Below, one piece after another: positions 1-16,052 of a stretch of 64,000 nucleotides of DNA. The notes under the pieces are model-generated. The model saw only the letters and a list, made by a program, of their open reading frames with translations. It was not told the origin of the DNA and did no database searches. The position numbers were made by a program, and so were the translations under genes. Positions within the stretch are counted from its first letter, which is position 1. Each line of letters begins with the position of its first letter. Source of the stretch: the human T2T-CHM13v2.0 reference genome, Homo sapiens; the NCBI RefSeq assembly GCF_009914755.1, contig NC_060935.1. The stretch is one strand, 5' to 3'.

Positions 1-204
1 TGATAGGCTTTCAACTGTAATAGTGTCCATACCTTAAGTTTTCTAGGATAATTATTTCCCTTCTTTTTCCATCATTACTTCTTTTAAAGATATTTGTTTT
101 TCTACTATCTGTCAATTGGCTTTTTTTTAAAAAAAAAAAAAATTAAAACTACTTCTTATTCTGGAGGCAGGTGGGATATATTTGGTCAAGAAATATTTAA
201 TGTG

Positions 205-560
205 ATGGATATTTATTGCCTGTCTACTATATTTCAGGTACATTTCTAGGTGCAGAGAAATTAGATAACAAAGGAGAGTCTCCAGCCTCATGGAGTTTGC
301 TTTCTAATAGGTTGACATAGACAATAAACAAATGTATACTATGTCAGGAAATGATGAGGGCTAAGCAAGCTAAGCAGGCAGAGTGAGGGCTGGAGGATGG
401 ATGTCCCATTTTAAGTCACAGTTGGCCTCTCGGAAAAAAATATGATTTGAACAGAGACTTGAATGAAGTGAGGAAGAAAGGCATAATGACATCTGAGGGC
501 AGAGGTGACCTGTCTGAAGAATCCAGAAAGGGCGTGAGGTGGAGCCTTGGACACCATGCA
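205..560 (-). mobile_element. L2 LINE 3' fragment
   Basis: atttattgcctgtctactatatttcaggtacatttctaggtgc resembles the reverse complement of the L2 3' end. Confidence 0.65.
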
Positions 561-925
561 TGTAAATTTAGAAAATGAGAATGAGGGAGGCGATTGCATT
601 TCTCCCTTTGTCAGCGGAAATGAGTTGGGACAGGGGACTGCCAATAGCATTCCCTAACCTGCCTGCCTCTCTGTCCACTCACTACTGTGGACACTTGTTC
701 CCAGGGCTCAGCCAGTCTTTCTGGAGAGCTCAGGAGCCACTGAAATCTTACTACCATATTCCTCAGGTTCTGCCTTCTTTAGTGCCACTTTTCTACCGAC
801 ACCGACATCTACAGCATTCTGGCTCAGCCCGTAGCTCCCAAGCTATTTCTAGTCAATAGCTGACCTACCAGGGGGGTTAACCTTGCCAGTTAGGCCAGGC
901 ACCTTGACTGCCAAATAATTATGAC

Positions 926-956
926 GGTGATGGTGGTGGTGGTGGTGGTGGTGATG
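926..956. repeat. (GGT)n microsatellite
   Basis: ggtgatggtggtggtggtggtggtggtgatg seen directly. Confidence 0.9.
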
Positions 957-959
957 ATA

Positions 960-1160
960 GCAGCACCTACCACTTATTGAGCACTCACTCTAAAGAAGTG
1001 TCAACAATCTTTCAGGGCAGCTAATATTTTCAATCTACAAATGAGGAAACTGAGGCTCAGAGAGGACAAATGCATTGCTTTACGCCTCACAGGTTGGGAG
1101 AGATAAGCTGGTGTTTGAACGCAGGTCTATCTGACTCCAGAGAATGAGTCCCTTCTACTA
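960..1160 (-). mobile_element. MIR SINE
   Basis: Core motif atgaggaaactgaggctcagagagg ... tctgactccaga. Confidence 0.8.
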
Positions 1161-2034
1161 CTGGGTGCTCCTGAGGGTCAATGCAGGTTGCTGTGTAGTC
1201 ATTAACAAGTAACCCACACCAACTGCATGCCTTTTGGCCTTGTATCAAGGATTGAGCTTCTTTCATGGTTCCTAATTATTGCTCCAGTCACTTGTTGAGA
1301 GGACACATTGACTGGTATTTTCCAGAACCTTGCCCAGAATGGTGGTCCCTGTCCATCATTACCTGAGAATCCACTGAAACAGGTCCTCTATAAACCATAC
1401 GAACAACCCTGGACATCAGTGCTGATAGGCATTTTGGCTGCCATGCCTCAGCTGTCATGGAGCAGCCCCAGATTTGCCACCTTTTAAAGAATTCCATATA
1501 ATTTAAACTTCTTGTTACCTGCTTCAGGGACCAGTCCTTTTAGTGAATGGTTTTCCTTAGACTGAGTCCCAGACAGACACTGCCTGGCTTACTCTTCTTT
1601 CTGAGTTTGCCTGGGCTATAATCCTTTTCCTTGATGTGAGAACATGTTCCACAAATGCAGAACTATAATGAGCATTTTTGCCAAGATTTTATCCTCTATA
1701 TGCTCACTTTTTTGGGATATGTTCCAAAACAATTTTTTTTTAACAGGATAATTTCTGGGGAGAAAGCTTACTCTGTTTAAAACCTGATATTTCAAGGGCA
1801 GATGAAAGATTTTTTTCAAGAATTAAGAAAACACTTCATCATTTATTTCTTTGGCAGAGTATCTGCATGTGTTTCTTTTGAAATCCTCAGAAATTAAGGC
1901 CATACTGTATTCATTTTCAAATTATAGAAAATACACTAAAGAAGAAATGAACAGAAGAGAAGAAAGACACGCTTTGCTAAAAGCCATGTTTTCTTAAATT
2001 GCTTGGTCACATGAATTCATTTATTTGTCTAATG

Positions 2035-2253
2035 TAGAAATTGGCAAACTTTATTTGTAAAGGGCCAGACAGTATAAGTATTTTAGGCTGTTTGGCCATA
2101 TAACCACTCTCACAAGAACTCAACTCTACCATACATGAAAACAGCCATAGGCAATGTGCAACTAAGTGAATGTGACTGTCTTCCTATAAAACTATTTCCA
2201 AAAACAGGTGGCAAGCCAGATTTGGTCTGTAGGCCATAGCTTGTTCACTCCTT
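2035..2253 (+). mobile_element. MER58A hAT-Charlie MITE
   Basis: ttggcaaactttatttgtaaagggccagac ... ggccatagcttgttcactcc; 8-bp TSD gtctaatg/gtctagtg. Confidence 0.85.
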
Positions 2254-2445
2254 GTCTAGTGGAAGAATACTTACTATATGGCCCCTTATGCCAGCAACAA
2301 GGTAGGCACAAAGCTGGTCAGAACTAGAAGGATGCTTATAGGTAATCTATTCTAATTCCTTCATTTTATCTTTGAGGATTTGTTGATGCTCAAGGTTACA
2401 TACGTTGTTATCAGCAGCATCAAAAAAAGAATTAACATTAATTGA

Positions 2446-2852
2446 ATGTGTTCATATTCATGACAAAAATTGCTAGTTTTCTCTAATATCCATTCTCCCC
2501 AACTTTTTTAGTAATGGAACCCCAGATTTTTATTTGGTTATATGGCCACTGGAATTAAGACTATATTTCCCAGACTCTGTTGTCTTTGGGTGTGGCTGTG
2601 TAACTAAGTTCCTCTCAATATATGTGTGCTACTTAAAGGAAGTACTCTAAAAGAAAGGGAATATGCCATTTTTCCTCTCTCTTTTCTTCAGACTGGAACG
2701 TGGATGTGTTAGCTGAAGCCTGAGTAGGCACCTTGCACTGCGGTGGAAGCATTGTGCTGACAGTGGTGAATCAATAACAGATAAAGTGCTCAGATGCCTG
2801 ATGCTATGTAGCACCACAACTGAACTGTGCTGCCTTCTGACTTCTTTTATTT
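2446..2852 (+). mobile_element. MLT1 (J-like) MaLR LTR, 5' part, interrupted
   Basis: taatatccattctcccc...gtaatggaaccccagatttt...ctatatttcccagactc; the LTR 3' end resumes at ~10385. Confidence 0.6.
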
Positions 2853-3338
2853 CAGCAGATTCAAGATGTTATTCTTTGCTTTCTGATCTGGATTGCCTCT
2901 GATGAGAAGTCTGCAGTAATTCTTATCTCCGCTCCTCTCTATAGAGTGTGCCATTTTCTTTCACTGCTCTTAAAATTTTCTCTTTATTGTTGATTTTTAG
3001 CAATTTGATTATGATGTGCAATGGTATGGTTTGTATTTCTCCTTCTTTAGTGTGTAGACTTCTTGGATCTGGAAAATTTAAAGCCATCATGATCACAAGT
3101 TTTCTTAGTTCCCTCCTCCCCTTTCACACCTTGTTTCTGGGATTTCAATTAAATGCATGTTAAATTGGCTTATATCATCCTACAGGTCACTAAAGCTCTG
3201 TATTATTTTTCCAGTCTTCATTCTCTCTGTAATTCAGTTTAGAGAGTTTCTATTGTCTTACCTTAAAGTTCACTGATTTTTTTTTTAAATTTTCTGTTAA
3301 ATCCAATCAGCCAGTAAGCCTATTCAGTAAACTCTTTT
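2853..3338 (-). mobile_element. Old L1M/HAL1-type LINE 5'/ORF1 region, left part (host of the young L1)
   Basis: ctgatgagaagtctgcagtaattcttat...gcaatttgattatgatgtgc is typical of antisense old L1 ORF1; continues after 9467. Confidence 0.65.
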
Positions 3339-3352
3339 AAGACGTTATAGCT

Positions 3353-4258
3353 GGGGAGGAGCCAAGATGGCCGAATAGGAACAGCTCCGGTCTACAGCTC
3401 CCAGCGTGAGTGACGCAGAAGACGGGTGATTTCTGCATTTCCATCTGAGGTACCAGGCTCATCTCACTGGGGAGTGCCAGACAGTGGGCGCAGGTCAGTG
3501 GGTGCGCGCACCATGCACAAGCTGAAGCAGGGTGAGGCATTGCCTCACTCAGGAAGCGCAAGGGGTCAGGGAGTTCCCTTTCCTAGTCAAAGAAAGGGGT
3601 GACAGACGGCACCTGGAAAATCGGGTCACTCCCACCCAAATACTGCGCTTTTCCGACGGGCTTAAAAAACGGCGCACCACGAGATTATATCCCGCACCTG
3701 GCTCGGAGGGTCCTATGCCCACGGAGTCTCACTGATTGCTAGCACAGCAGTCTGAGATCAAACTGCAAGGCGGCAACGAGGCTGGGGGAAGGGCGCCCAC
3801 CATTGCCCAGGCTTGCTTAGGTAAACAAAGCAGCTGGGAAGCTCGAACTGGGTGGAGCCCACCACAGCTCAAGGAGGCCTGCCTGCCTCTGTAGGCTCCA
3901 CCTCTGGGGGCAGGGCACAGACAAACAAAAAGACAGCAGTAACCTCTGCAGACTTAAATGTCCCTGTCTGACAGCTTTGAAGAGAGCAGTGGCTCTCCCA
4001 GTATGCAGCTGGAGATCTAAGAATGGGCAGACTGCCTCCTCAAGTGAGTCCCTGACCCCTGATCCCCGAGCAACCTAACTGGGAGGCACCCCCCAGCAGG
4101 GGCACACTGACACTTCACACGGCAGCGTACTCCAACAGACCTGCAGCTGAGGGTCCTGTCTGTTAGAAGGAAAACTAACAAACAGAAAGGACATCCACAC
4201 CAAAAACCCATCTGTACATCAACATCATCAGAGACCAAAAGTAGATAAAACCACAAAG
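3353..4258 (+). promoter_or_regulatory. L1 5'UTR with internal sense promoter and antisense promoter
   Basis: YY1 site caagatggcc (~3363-3372), RUNX3-region tgcatttccatctgaggta (~3434-3452), SOX-type aaacaaa at ~3823 and ~3923; many CpGs retained. Confidence 0.85.
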
Positions 4259-5260
4259 ATGGCGAAAAAACAGAACAGAAAAACTGGAAACTCTAAAAAG
4301 CAGAGTGCCTCTCCTCCTCCAAAGGAACGCAGTTCCTCACCAGCAACGGAACAAAGCTGGACGGAGAATGACTTTGACGAGCTGAGAGAAGAAGGCTTCA
4401 GATGATCAAATTACTCTGAGCTACGGGAGGACATTCAAACCAAAGGCAAAGAAGTTGAAAACTTTGAAAAAAATTTAGAAGAATGTATAACTAGAATAAC
4501 CAATACAGAGAAGTGCTTAAAGGAGCTGATGGAGCTGAAAACCAAGGCTCAAGAACTACGTGAAGAATGCAGAAGCCTCAGGAGCCGATGCAATCAACTG
4601 GAAGAAAGGGTATCAGCAATGGAAGAGGAAATGAATGAAATGAAGCGAGAAGGGAAGTTTAGAGAAAAAAGAATAAAAAGAAACGAGCAAAGCCTCCAAG
4701 ATATATGGGACTATGTGAAAAGACCAAATCTACGTCTGATTGGTGTACCTGAAAGTGACGGGGAGAATGGAACCAAGTTGGAAAACACTCTGCAGGATAT
4801 TATCCAGGAGAACTTCCCCAATCTAGCAAGGCAGGCCAACGTTCAGATTCAGGAAATACAGAGAACACCACAAAGATACTCCTCAAGAAGAGCAACTCCA
4901 AGACACATAATTGTCAGATTCACCAAATTTGAATGAAGGAAAAAATGTTAAGGGCAGCCAGAGAGAAAGGTCGGGTTACCCTCAAAGGGAAGCCCATCAG
5001 ACTAACAGCAGATCTCTCGGCAGAAACCCTACAAGCCAGAAGAGAGTGGGGGCCAATATTCAACATTCTTAAAGAAAAGAATTTTCAACCCAGCCAAACT
5101 AAGCTTCATAAGTGAAGGAGAAATAAAATACTTTACAGACAAGCAAATGCTGAGAGATTTTGTCACCACCAGGCCTGCCCTAAAAGAGCTCCTGAAGGAA
5201 GTGCTAAACATGGAAAGGAACAACCGGTACCAGCCGCTGCAAAATCATGCCAAAATGTAA
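4259..5260 (+). pseudogene. L1 ORF1p (RNA-binding chaperone), disrupted
   Basis: ATG 4259; CGA>TGA at codon 49 (4403-4405); 1-nt deletion at ~4932; 14-nt deletion at ~5093; TAA 5258-5260; ORF-track fragments match ORF1p (e.g. YVKRPNLRLIGVPE). Confidence 0.95.
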
Positions 5261-5296
5261 AGACCATCGAGACTAGGAAGAAACTGCATCAACTAA

Positions 5297-9147
<3,851 letters not shown>

Positions 9148-9375
9148 ACAATGAGATCACATGGACACAGGAAGGGGAACATCACACTCTGGGGACTGTT
9201 GTGGGGTGGGGGGAGGGGGGAGGGATAGCTTTAGGAGATATACCTAATGCTAGATGACGAGTTAGTGGGTGCAGCACACCAGCATGGCACATGTATACAT
9301 ATGTAACTAACCTGCACAATGTGCACATGTACCCTAAAACTTAAAGTATAATAATAAAAAAAAAAAGAAAAAAAA

Positions 9376-9455
9376 TTCAGGAAGGATTGACACCAAGGAA
9401 TGAATACATTTAGTAAAGATCTTTACTCTTATTTGTTTTGAAAAAAAAAAAAAAA
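9376..9455 (+). other. L1-mediated 3' transduction (65 bp unique sequence plus a second poly(A))
   Basis: Non-L1 sequence lies between two A tracts and inside the TSD; AGTAAA at 9412-9417. Confidence 0.85.
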
Positions 9456-9467
9456 GATGTTACAGCT

Positions 9468-10380
9468 TTCAGCTCTGGAAGTTCTATTTGTTTTTCTTTT
9501 CAATAGTTTCCATTTCTCTTTTCATTATGTTCATATTTTCCCTAAAATCCTTGAAAATATTTATAATAGTGTATTAAAAGCCCTTCTCTGTTAATTCCAA
9601 AATATTTGTAAATTCTCTGTCTGTTCCTATTGATTGATTTGACTCCTGGCTATGGGTTACATTTTCCTGTTTGTTTACGTGTCCTATAAGTTTTATTAGG
9701 TGCTGGATATTATGCATGTTATGCATTGAGTTCAATATTGGCAAGCAATTAATTTATGTATAAATTAGCTTGATCCTTTGAGTCTGAAAAATTTTGTTGT
9801 GGCAGATCAAGAGTAGCATTTACTCTCTAAGGATAGTCTGGCTCTCTAAGGTGTGATCTTTTTAGAGTCTCTACTGAATATTTACTAAGTGTTCAATGAC
9901 CTTCAGACTCTGGGAGATGTTCAGCTGATAGCTTTTCCCATAGTTATTTTCTTTTTGTTCATTGTTCTTTGCCTTGCCTTGTGGAATCTCATTCTACATT
10001 TGTGTCACTTAGTATTAAGCCAAAAATTCAAGGGGATCCCTATGTTGAGTTTTTGGTGTTTTCTTTGCATAGCTTCTTTTTCTCTGGTACAGCGCTCTGA
10101 AAATTTCAGCTGCCTTAGCCTCCCTAAACTTCATTTTTACAAAGATGTTGTACTCTGCTTGGGTTCCCCATCTCTGTTGCAGGGAGGAAGATTTCAGGCA
10201 TAAATCTGGGAAAATCATTAGTCTCACTTTCTTTGTTTCCCTTATTTCAAGGATTATAGTCATGCACAGCCTTTGTCCCATGACTGAGAATAGTTGCTTT
10301 ATATAGTTTTTTTGGTTTTCTAGTTGCTTACTGAAAGAAGACTAGTCTAGTACTAGCAATTACATCATAGTTGAAAGTGA
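9468..10380 (-). mobile_element. Old L1M/HAL1-type LINE, right part
   Basis: ttcagctctggaagttctatttg...tttccatttctc continues the element interrupted at 3338. Confidence 0.6.
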
Positions 10381-10384
10381 GAAA

Positions 10385-10492
10385 TACTTATGTTTAAAAG
10401 AAAGGGAATAAGAAATTTCTACTTGTAACTTGTTTAAGTCCCTGTAATTTTCATTTTTTCAGTTACTTGCTGCCAAACCCAGTCTTAAATAC
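10385..10492 (+). mobile_element. MLT1 LTR 3' end (continuation of 2446-2852)
   Basis: aaatttctacttgtaacttgtttaagtccctg...gttacttgctgccaaacccagtctta resembles the MLT1 terminus. Confidence 0.5.
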
Positions 10493-11129
10493 TCCACTTG
10501 AAAATGCCAACTGCTAAGCTAGGTGTTTCATATACATTATTTCATAGACTTCATTTTAGCTACATAAAAGTCCTATAAAGTTGTGGTTACTGTTATTCTC
10601 ACTTTACAGATGAAGAAAACTGAACTACAGGGGAAAAGAAAATGGAATCAAGGCAGCTCCTAAAAAGTCCATTGGGTAGTTAACAAGGTCCTGCATTTGA
10701 GTGATCGCAGAGAGAATGAAAAATAAGGTACCTGAATTACACTGGGTAGATAGAATTAAGTGACATCAATAAGTGATTTATATGGAAAAATAGAAAAAAT
10801 CTGTGAGTGTTGGTATCTAGAATAATAGCAGTACTATGAACATATACAGGAAAGATTCAGTGATACTGCATTTACTAAGGCAGGAAAGATATTGGTGTTG
10901 TGGTATAAAGAAGCTCAAAACTTAGGGCAAAATATGGTACTTTTGTTATTAAATCATTTTCAGAAACTCACAATTTTTATTTTTTCCTCATGTATAACTG
11001 AGTTTTGCTTTTTGGGATTTCTGGCCATCCAAGAGGGCTGCACAGGAGCCACTGCTGCTGGAGTGGCTTCGTCTCCACCTGTAGGTAGAGTGCAATCACC
11101 ATAGGGTGGAAAGGCCTTTTCCTGGACTA

Positions 11130-11690
11130 AGTTTACAGACTGGATGCCTCTGGGGCCTTGCCCCAACATCTTCTGGGCCCAATTTCTTACACCAGTCACT
11201 GCCCTGGTGACCAATTTCCTGCAGGCTTTGGCAGCTTTGCGTAGGTATGATTGGACAGCATTTCACCTTAGGCCCTATGCCACCTACCTTTCTTTCCTTC
11301 CCTGGGATTTCTTAGATACTATGGAACAGGACATCTTATAAAACCTGCTCTATTTACATATATGCAGCTAGGAACTTCAGAGAAATTAACACTTGTGGGG
11401 CCATCCTTGATGAATATGGGAGAGAGGACCCAATGGATAAATGCTACTTCCCCTTAAGTCTCAGGGCAGGTAATTCTGATTTGTAATTTATAAGCCTTCT
11501 GGGAAGTTCCTGGCAGGATTGAGAACCAGTTGCTTTAGTAGTGATTAAGCAATGATCACATTTTAATTTTAATTTCTCCTTCTCCCTTCTCTTGCATTTC
11601 TGCTCCCTGGGATCACATTCCCAGATAAATTACCTGCGTGAAGATCATGGCCTTAGTCTTTGCTTTGGGAGAAACTTAGCCTATGACATT
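11130..11690 (+). mobile_element. LTR16-like ERVL LTR
   Basis: ctgctccctgggatcacattcccagataaattacctgc...gtctttgctttgggagaaacttagcctatgaca. Confidence 0.6.
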
Positions 11691-12159
11691 TTGTGAAATA
11701 GAACAACTCAGGGAGTAAGTCTGAGAGCGTCATAGGTCAATGTTTTAGGGTTGACCTAAACCCTAGAGAGGAAGGCACTGTAGGGACTAGAAGGATAAAG
11801 ACAGAGACATAAAAAATGAGAGAAAATTTGTTGAAGAAACAAGAGGTAATGTCATCTATCATAGAAACACCTGGTCATAGAGTTAAGAGACAAGAGAACT
11901 CTTCAAAATTTTTCCTGACCAGTTGTCTAACAACCAGCTTGGCTTTATGAACAGAAATTGGACAACATCAATTTAATTTCATCTTAAGATATAAGGTTAG
12001 AAATGAGAGAAATTGTTCTATAGAATCTTGTTTGTAGAGACTTGATTTCTTGGATCTGCAGGGTCAGGGACAAGAGGGGGAAGTTGAACCAAACTTTTGA
12101 TGTAAAGTTGACTAAACAGTGCTACTACAATGGCTTTTTAACTGGATTTACCACCTCCT

Positions 12160-12640
12160 GCCTCTTTGTACTGCCTGCAATCAATTCTACTCAACAGCAG
12201 CCAGATAACTGTTCCTAGAGCTCAGCAGCAGGGAGACCAGACCTTCTCCTCACAGACCTTCAGTGGCTCCCCATTGCTTAGTTTAGCTTTCAAGGCCTTC
12301 TACAGTCTGTTTCCAATTTATCTAAAATTCCAGTTAAATTGGACTGCTGCCATTCCTTGAATGCATGCCTTACTCTCCTGTCCTCAGGCTATCTCTTTCA
12401 CCTGGAATATCCTTGCTTAACTCTGCCTGTTGAAGTCATACCTACCCTTTGAGAACATCCCCCAAGTGCTACTTTCTTCAGGCAGCCCAAACAACACTTC
12501 CTGCTCTGAACCCCATGGTCTCTTGTACTTGGTCTCTAGGGCTTATTATTAAGTATTAGAGACATTTGTGAAAATGCCAGTATCACCTTTAGAATATAGA
12601 ATGCTCTTCTCCATTCATATGTGTTGAACTGAACTATTAA
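12160..12640 (+). mobile_element. L2 fragment
   Basis: tcaattctactcaacagcagccaga...tggctccccattgc...ttcaaggccttc. Confidence 0.6.
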
Positions 12641-12754
12641 ATGGATATATACCCAAAAGAGGTACTTGGAGAACTACAAAATAAGAATTCGCATTCTTCT
12701 GACTTATATAGGGTTGGTGAATATGGAAGTAGGAGAGAAAGGGAAAGAGAATTG

Positions 12755-12975
12755 ACTTTTATGGAGGAACCACTGTGTGCCAAGTGCTTTCCATAGTTTG
12801 CGCATTTTTGGAATATGTATAATACCCTAGAAAACATGTAGTATTGAACTCATTTTACAGAAGGAGAATGTGAAGCTCAGAAGGGTTGAGTGAATTACCC
12901 TCAATGCACAGCTAGTAAGTGGTAGAGCCAGGATTTAAGCTCAGGTCTCTGTGACTCCAAGATACTTCCTTATTC
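12755..12975 (-). mobile_element. MIR SINE
   Basis: cattttacagaaggagaatgtgaagctcagaagggtt...cacagctagtaagtggtagagccaggattt. Confidence 0.8.
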
Positions 12976-12983
12976 CATAATAA

Positions 12984-13117
12984 ATAGGTGACCATTTAAG
13001 TTATTGCCCTGACTGGAACACTTTTGAAAATGAAAGGGCATGCTATTAAAAATTATACTGGGACAACTTGGGTAAACTGGGACTCTCCTGGCTAAACTGT
13101 GTCCTATGATCACCCTA
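12984..13117 (+). mobile_element. MER94 hAT-Blackjack MITE
   Basis: TIRs aggtgaccat...atgatcaccct; internal acacttttgaaaatgaaaggg. Confidence 0.75.
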
Positions 13118-13350
13118 ATTGTAAATCACCATTGCCTCCTTGCCTCTTGAGTATTGACTGGTCTGAACCAGAAAACTAAACTAAACCTCCTCTTGAGATT
13201 GTAATTCCCTCAGACAGGGTAACTTTGGAAGAAACAATTTGGCATTTTAGGAATTTTCTTTTGCTGATAATTGGAAAGAAATCCACGTTATCCAATGGAA
13301 TGAGTGAGAAATCTTCTCATGTTCTTTTCAGAACAATCCTCCCACTTTGG

Positions 13351-13705
13351 TGATATGGTTTGACTGTCCCCACCCAAACCTCATCTTGAATTGTAACTCC
13401 CATAATTGTCACATGTTGTGAGAGGGGTCTGGTGGGAGATAATTGAATCATGGGGGTGGGTCTTTCCTGTGCTGTTCTCTTGATAGTGAATAAGTCTCAT
13501 GAGATCTGATGGTTTTAAAAAGGGGAGTTTCCCTGCACAATTCTCTTCTCTTGTCTGCTGCCGTGTGAGTCATGCCTTTCACCTTCTGCCATGATTGTGA
13601 GGCTTCTCAGGCACGTGGAACTGTGAGTCCATTACACCTCTTTCTTTTGTAAATTGTCCAGTCTTGGGTATGTCTTTATCAGCTGTGTGAAAACGGACTA
13701 ATACA
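13351..13705 (+). mobile_element. THE1 (A/B-like) solo LTR
   Basis: tgatatggtttg...aacggactaataca; 5-bp TSD tttgg/cttgg. Confidence 0.92.
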
Positions 13706-13739
13706 CTTGGCCTCCAAAATTCTTCTTCCATTTTATTGC

Positions 13740-14029
13740 CTTTTTTCTTTTCATTGGGGTCTTACTCTGTTGGCCAGGCTGGGGTGCAGTGGTGCCATTA
13801 TGACTCACTGCAGCTTCAACCTCCTGGGCTCAAGTGATCCTCCCTGCTCAGCCTTTCAAACATCTGGGATTACAGGCATGTGCCACCATGCCCAGCTATT
13901 TTTTTATATTTTTTGTAGAGACAAGGTCTCCTATGTTTCCAAGCTGATCTTGAACTCCTGGCCTCAAACAATCCCCCCACCTCAGCCTCCCAAAGTGCTG
14001 GGTTTACAGGCATGAGCCACCACACCCAG
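13740..14029 (-). mobile_element. AluJ
   Basis: Dimeric Alu, antisense, with J-type cctgggctcaagtgatcctcc. Confidence 0.9.
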
Positions 14030-14159
14030 ACTTTTATTACCTTTTCTAAAAGGGTTGGTGGTTGAAAAAACCACCTGCTGGGGCCACGCTGAATGAGTTT
14101 GCCAGAGTCAGGCATACTGGGCCCAAATCTAGCTTACCTGCTTATGAAATGGATAATAA

Positions 14160-14430
14160 CAATAGCAATAATAGCAGCTATCTTCATCGAGTTCTTACTA
14201 GGTACCAGGTCTTTTATAGGCATAATCTCATGTGTTTCCTATTATATATTATCTCATTTATTCTTTATAACAACGCTATAAATTGGATCCTATTTCTATT
14301 CCTATTTTACACATGAAGAAACTGAAGCAGAGAGGGGGACCAACTGAGTTACTTAAAACCACCCACTTATTTTTGCAGTGGAACCCAGATTGTCTGATTG
14401 CAAAACCCAACTCCTAAATAGTGAACTATG
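14160..14430 (-). mobile_element. MIR SINE
   Basis: ctattttacacatgaagaaactgaagcagagag. Confidence 0.7.
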
Positions 14431-16052
14431 TGGCCTTCCATAAGGAGATCATGGTATCAAACCAATGGGGTTGCTAAGATTAAACAGTAGGACATTTTCA
14501 AAAATGCCTATAGGTAGGCATTCAATAAATGGCATATGCTGTGATTATTTACAAGCTTCACCTTCCAAGAAAAACATGCTAAATGCCTGTTAGCACCCTA
14601 TGTCTCTCTCTAACACATCTCTGATTCTACCGTAGAACCATAGGTTAGAAATGAAAATAAATTTCACCATTTATCAAGCCAGTGTCAGGTCTTGGAGGCA
14701 GAAAATCCCCAGGGTTCTTCCTTGATAAAATCACACTCTAGCAAAAAGGACTGACATCTAGTATATTCGAAAACTCCAGGTTATAAAACAAAGGTATGCC
14801 TAAGATGCCACAGGATCATTCGCTCCAGAAACACTTGGCCCATATTGTTCTAGGCCTTGGAGAAACACAGGCTATGGAAGTATAGGGAATAAGGGATTAG
14901 TTTTACTCACGGAAGTGGGAGAGTCAAAAAATTAAAAAAAAAAAAAGAATTATTTCACAGAGAGAATATTCAAGGTGGGATTTTAAAGACAAAAAGCAGT
15001 TTGTTATGGTGGGAGGGGCATTCCAAGGTAAAGGAACAGTCAATGTAAAGGCATGAAGGAAGGAAAGTCTACAGAGTGTCTGGGGAGTAGAGAAGTTAGG
15101 TGTGGCTCGGGGTGTGGAGGTGCTTGTGGGCTGGCTGAGCAGATGGCAGTAGGGCTGGCTGCAGGAAGGGAATTACTATCCACCAAGAGTCCTCCAGGAA
15201 CCAGTACTGTGCTGAATGCTTTATGAACAATGCACTTGACCTTCAGAGGAGCCAAGTGTAGTGGGTACTAGTAGGTTAAACAATGTGGCCAAGGACCCTT
15301 CCTAGTAAGAAATGAAGCCAGGATGTGAAACATGTCAAGCACCCTCTGGGCCCTGCTGCCTCTCAGGTGGCAAATGAGGGACACCATGGGGCCAAACAGC
15401 CTCCTCCGACATGCCATTTTGGCTGGTCGTGCCACCTCTGCATGGGTGCCCGTTCGCTGGGGGGTTGTGGCATTTTGCCCTCACCATTTATTTACCTAGC
15501 TCTTGGCCAAGCATTAGAAATGTGTGCTTTGGGACTGCACCTCTCAACACATCATGGGAATAAGTGACATTTGACTTTCCTTTGTGTTGGGAGTGTTTGG
15601 CATTTCACAATTAAGACTTGTAAAAATTGCATCACACTCTTTATATTGGTGTCTGGGCATCGCTCTCTGTGGTAGCACTTTCATGATGGCTTTCTGCCTT
15701 TTCTTTTCAGCTTCCACATGCCTGTTGTCAATATTCAAATGTAAGAAGAGCTTTTTTGATTGGGGAACATACAACATATAAATGCCCCAACCTATGAAAG
15801 GACTCAATTGAGGGTGGGAAAGACTTTTCCAGAAGCCAGTAAATGAATGTTGGAAGATGTTAAAATAAGCAGACTTTTAATTCCTAGTTCTGTGGAAATC
15901 AGCCTCAAGAGGCATTGTAAATTTAAGGAAGTTCTTTGGATTACGGTTGAGGCAAAGAAGAGAGAATCTCATTGAGCATAAGCTACATGCTCATCATTGT
16001 GTTGGGTGAAAAGGCTCAGCTCATGGAACACTTACTGAGGGTCTATATGAGA

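Noticed and set aside
9200-9226. G-quadruplex-forming tract
   Set aside because: Standard feature of the L1 3'UTR.
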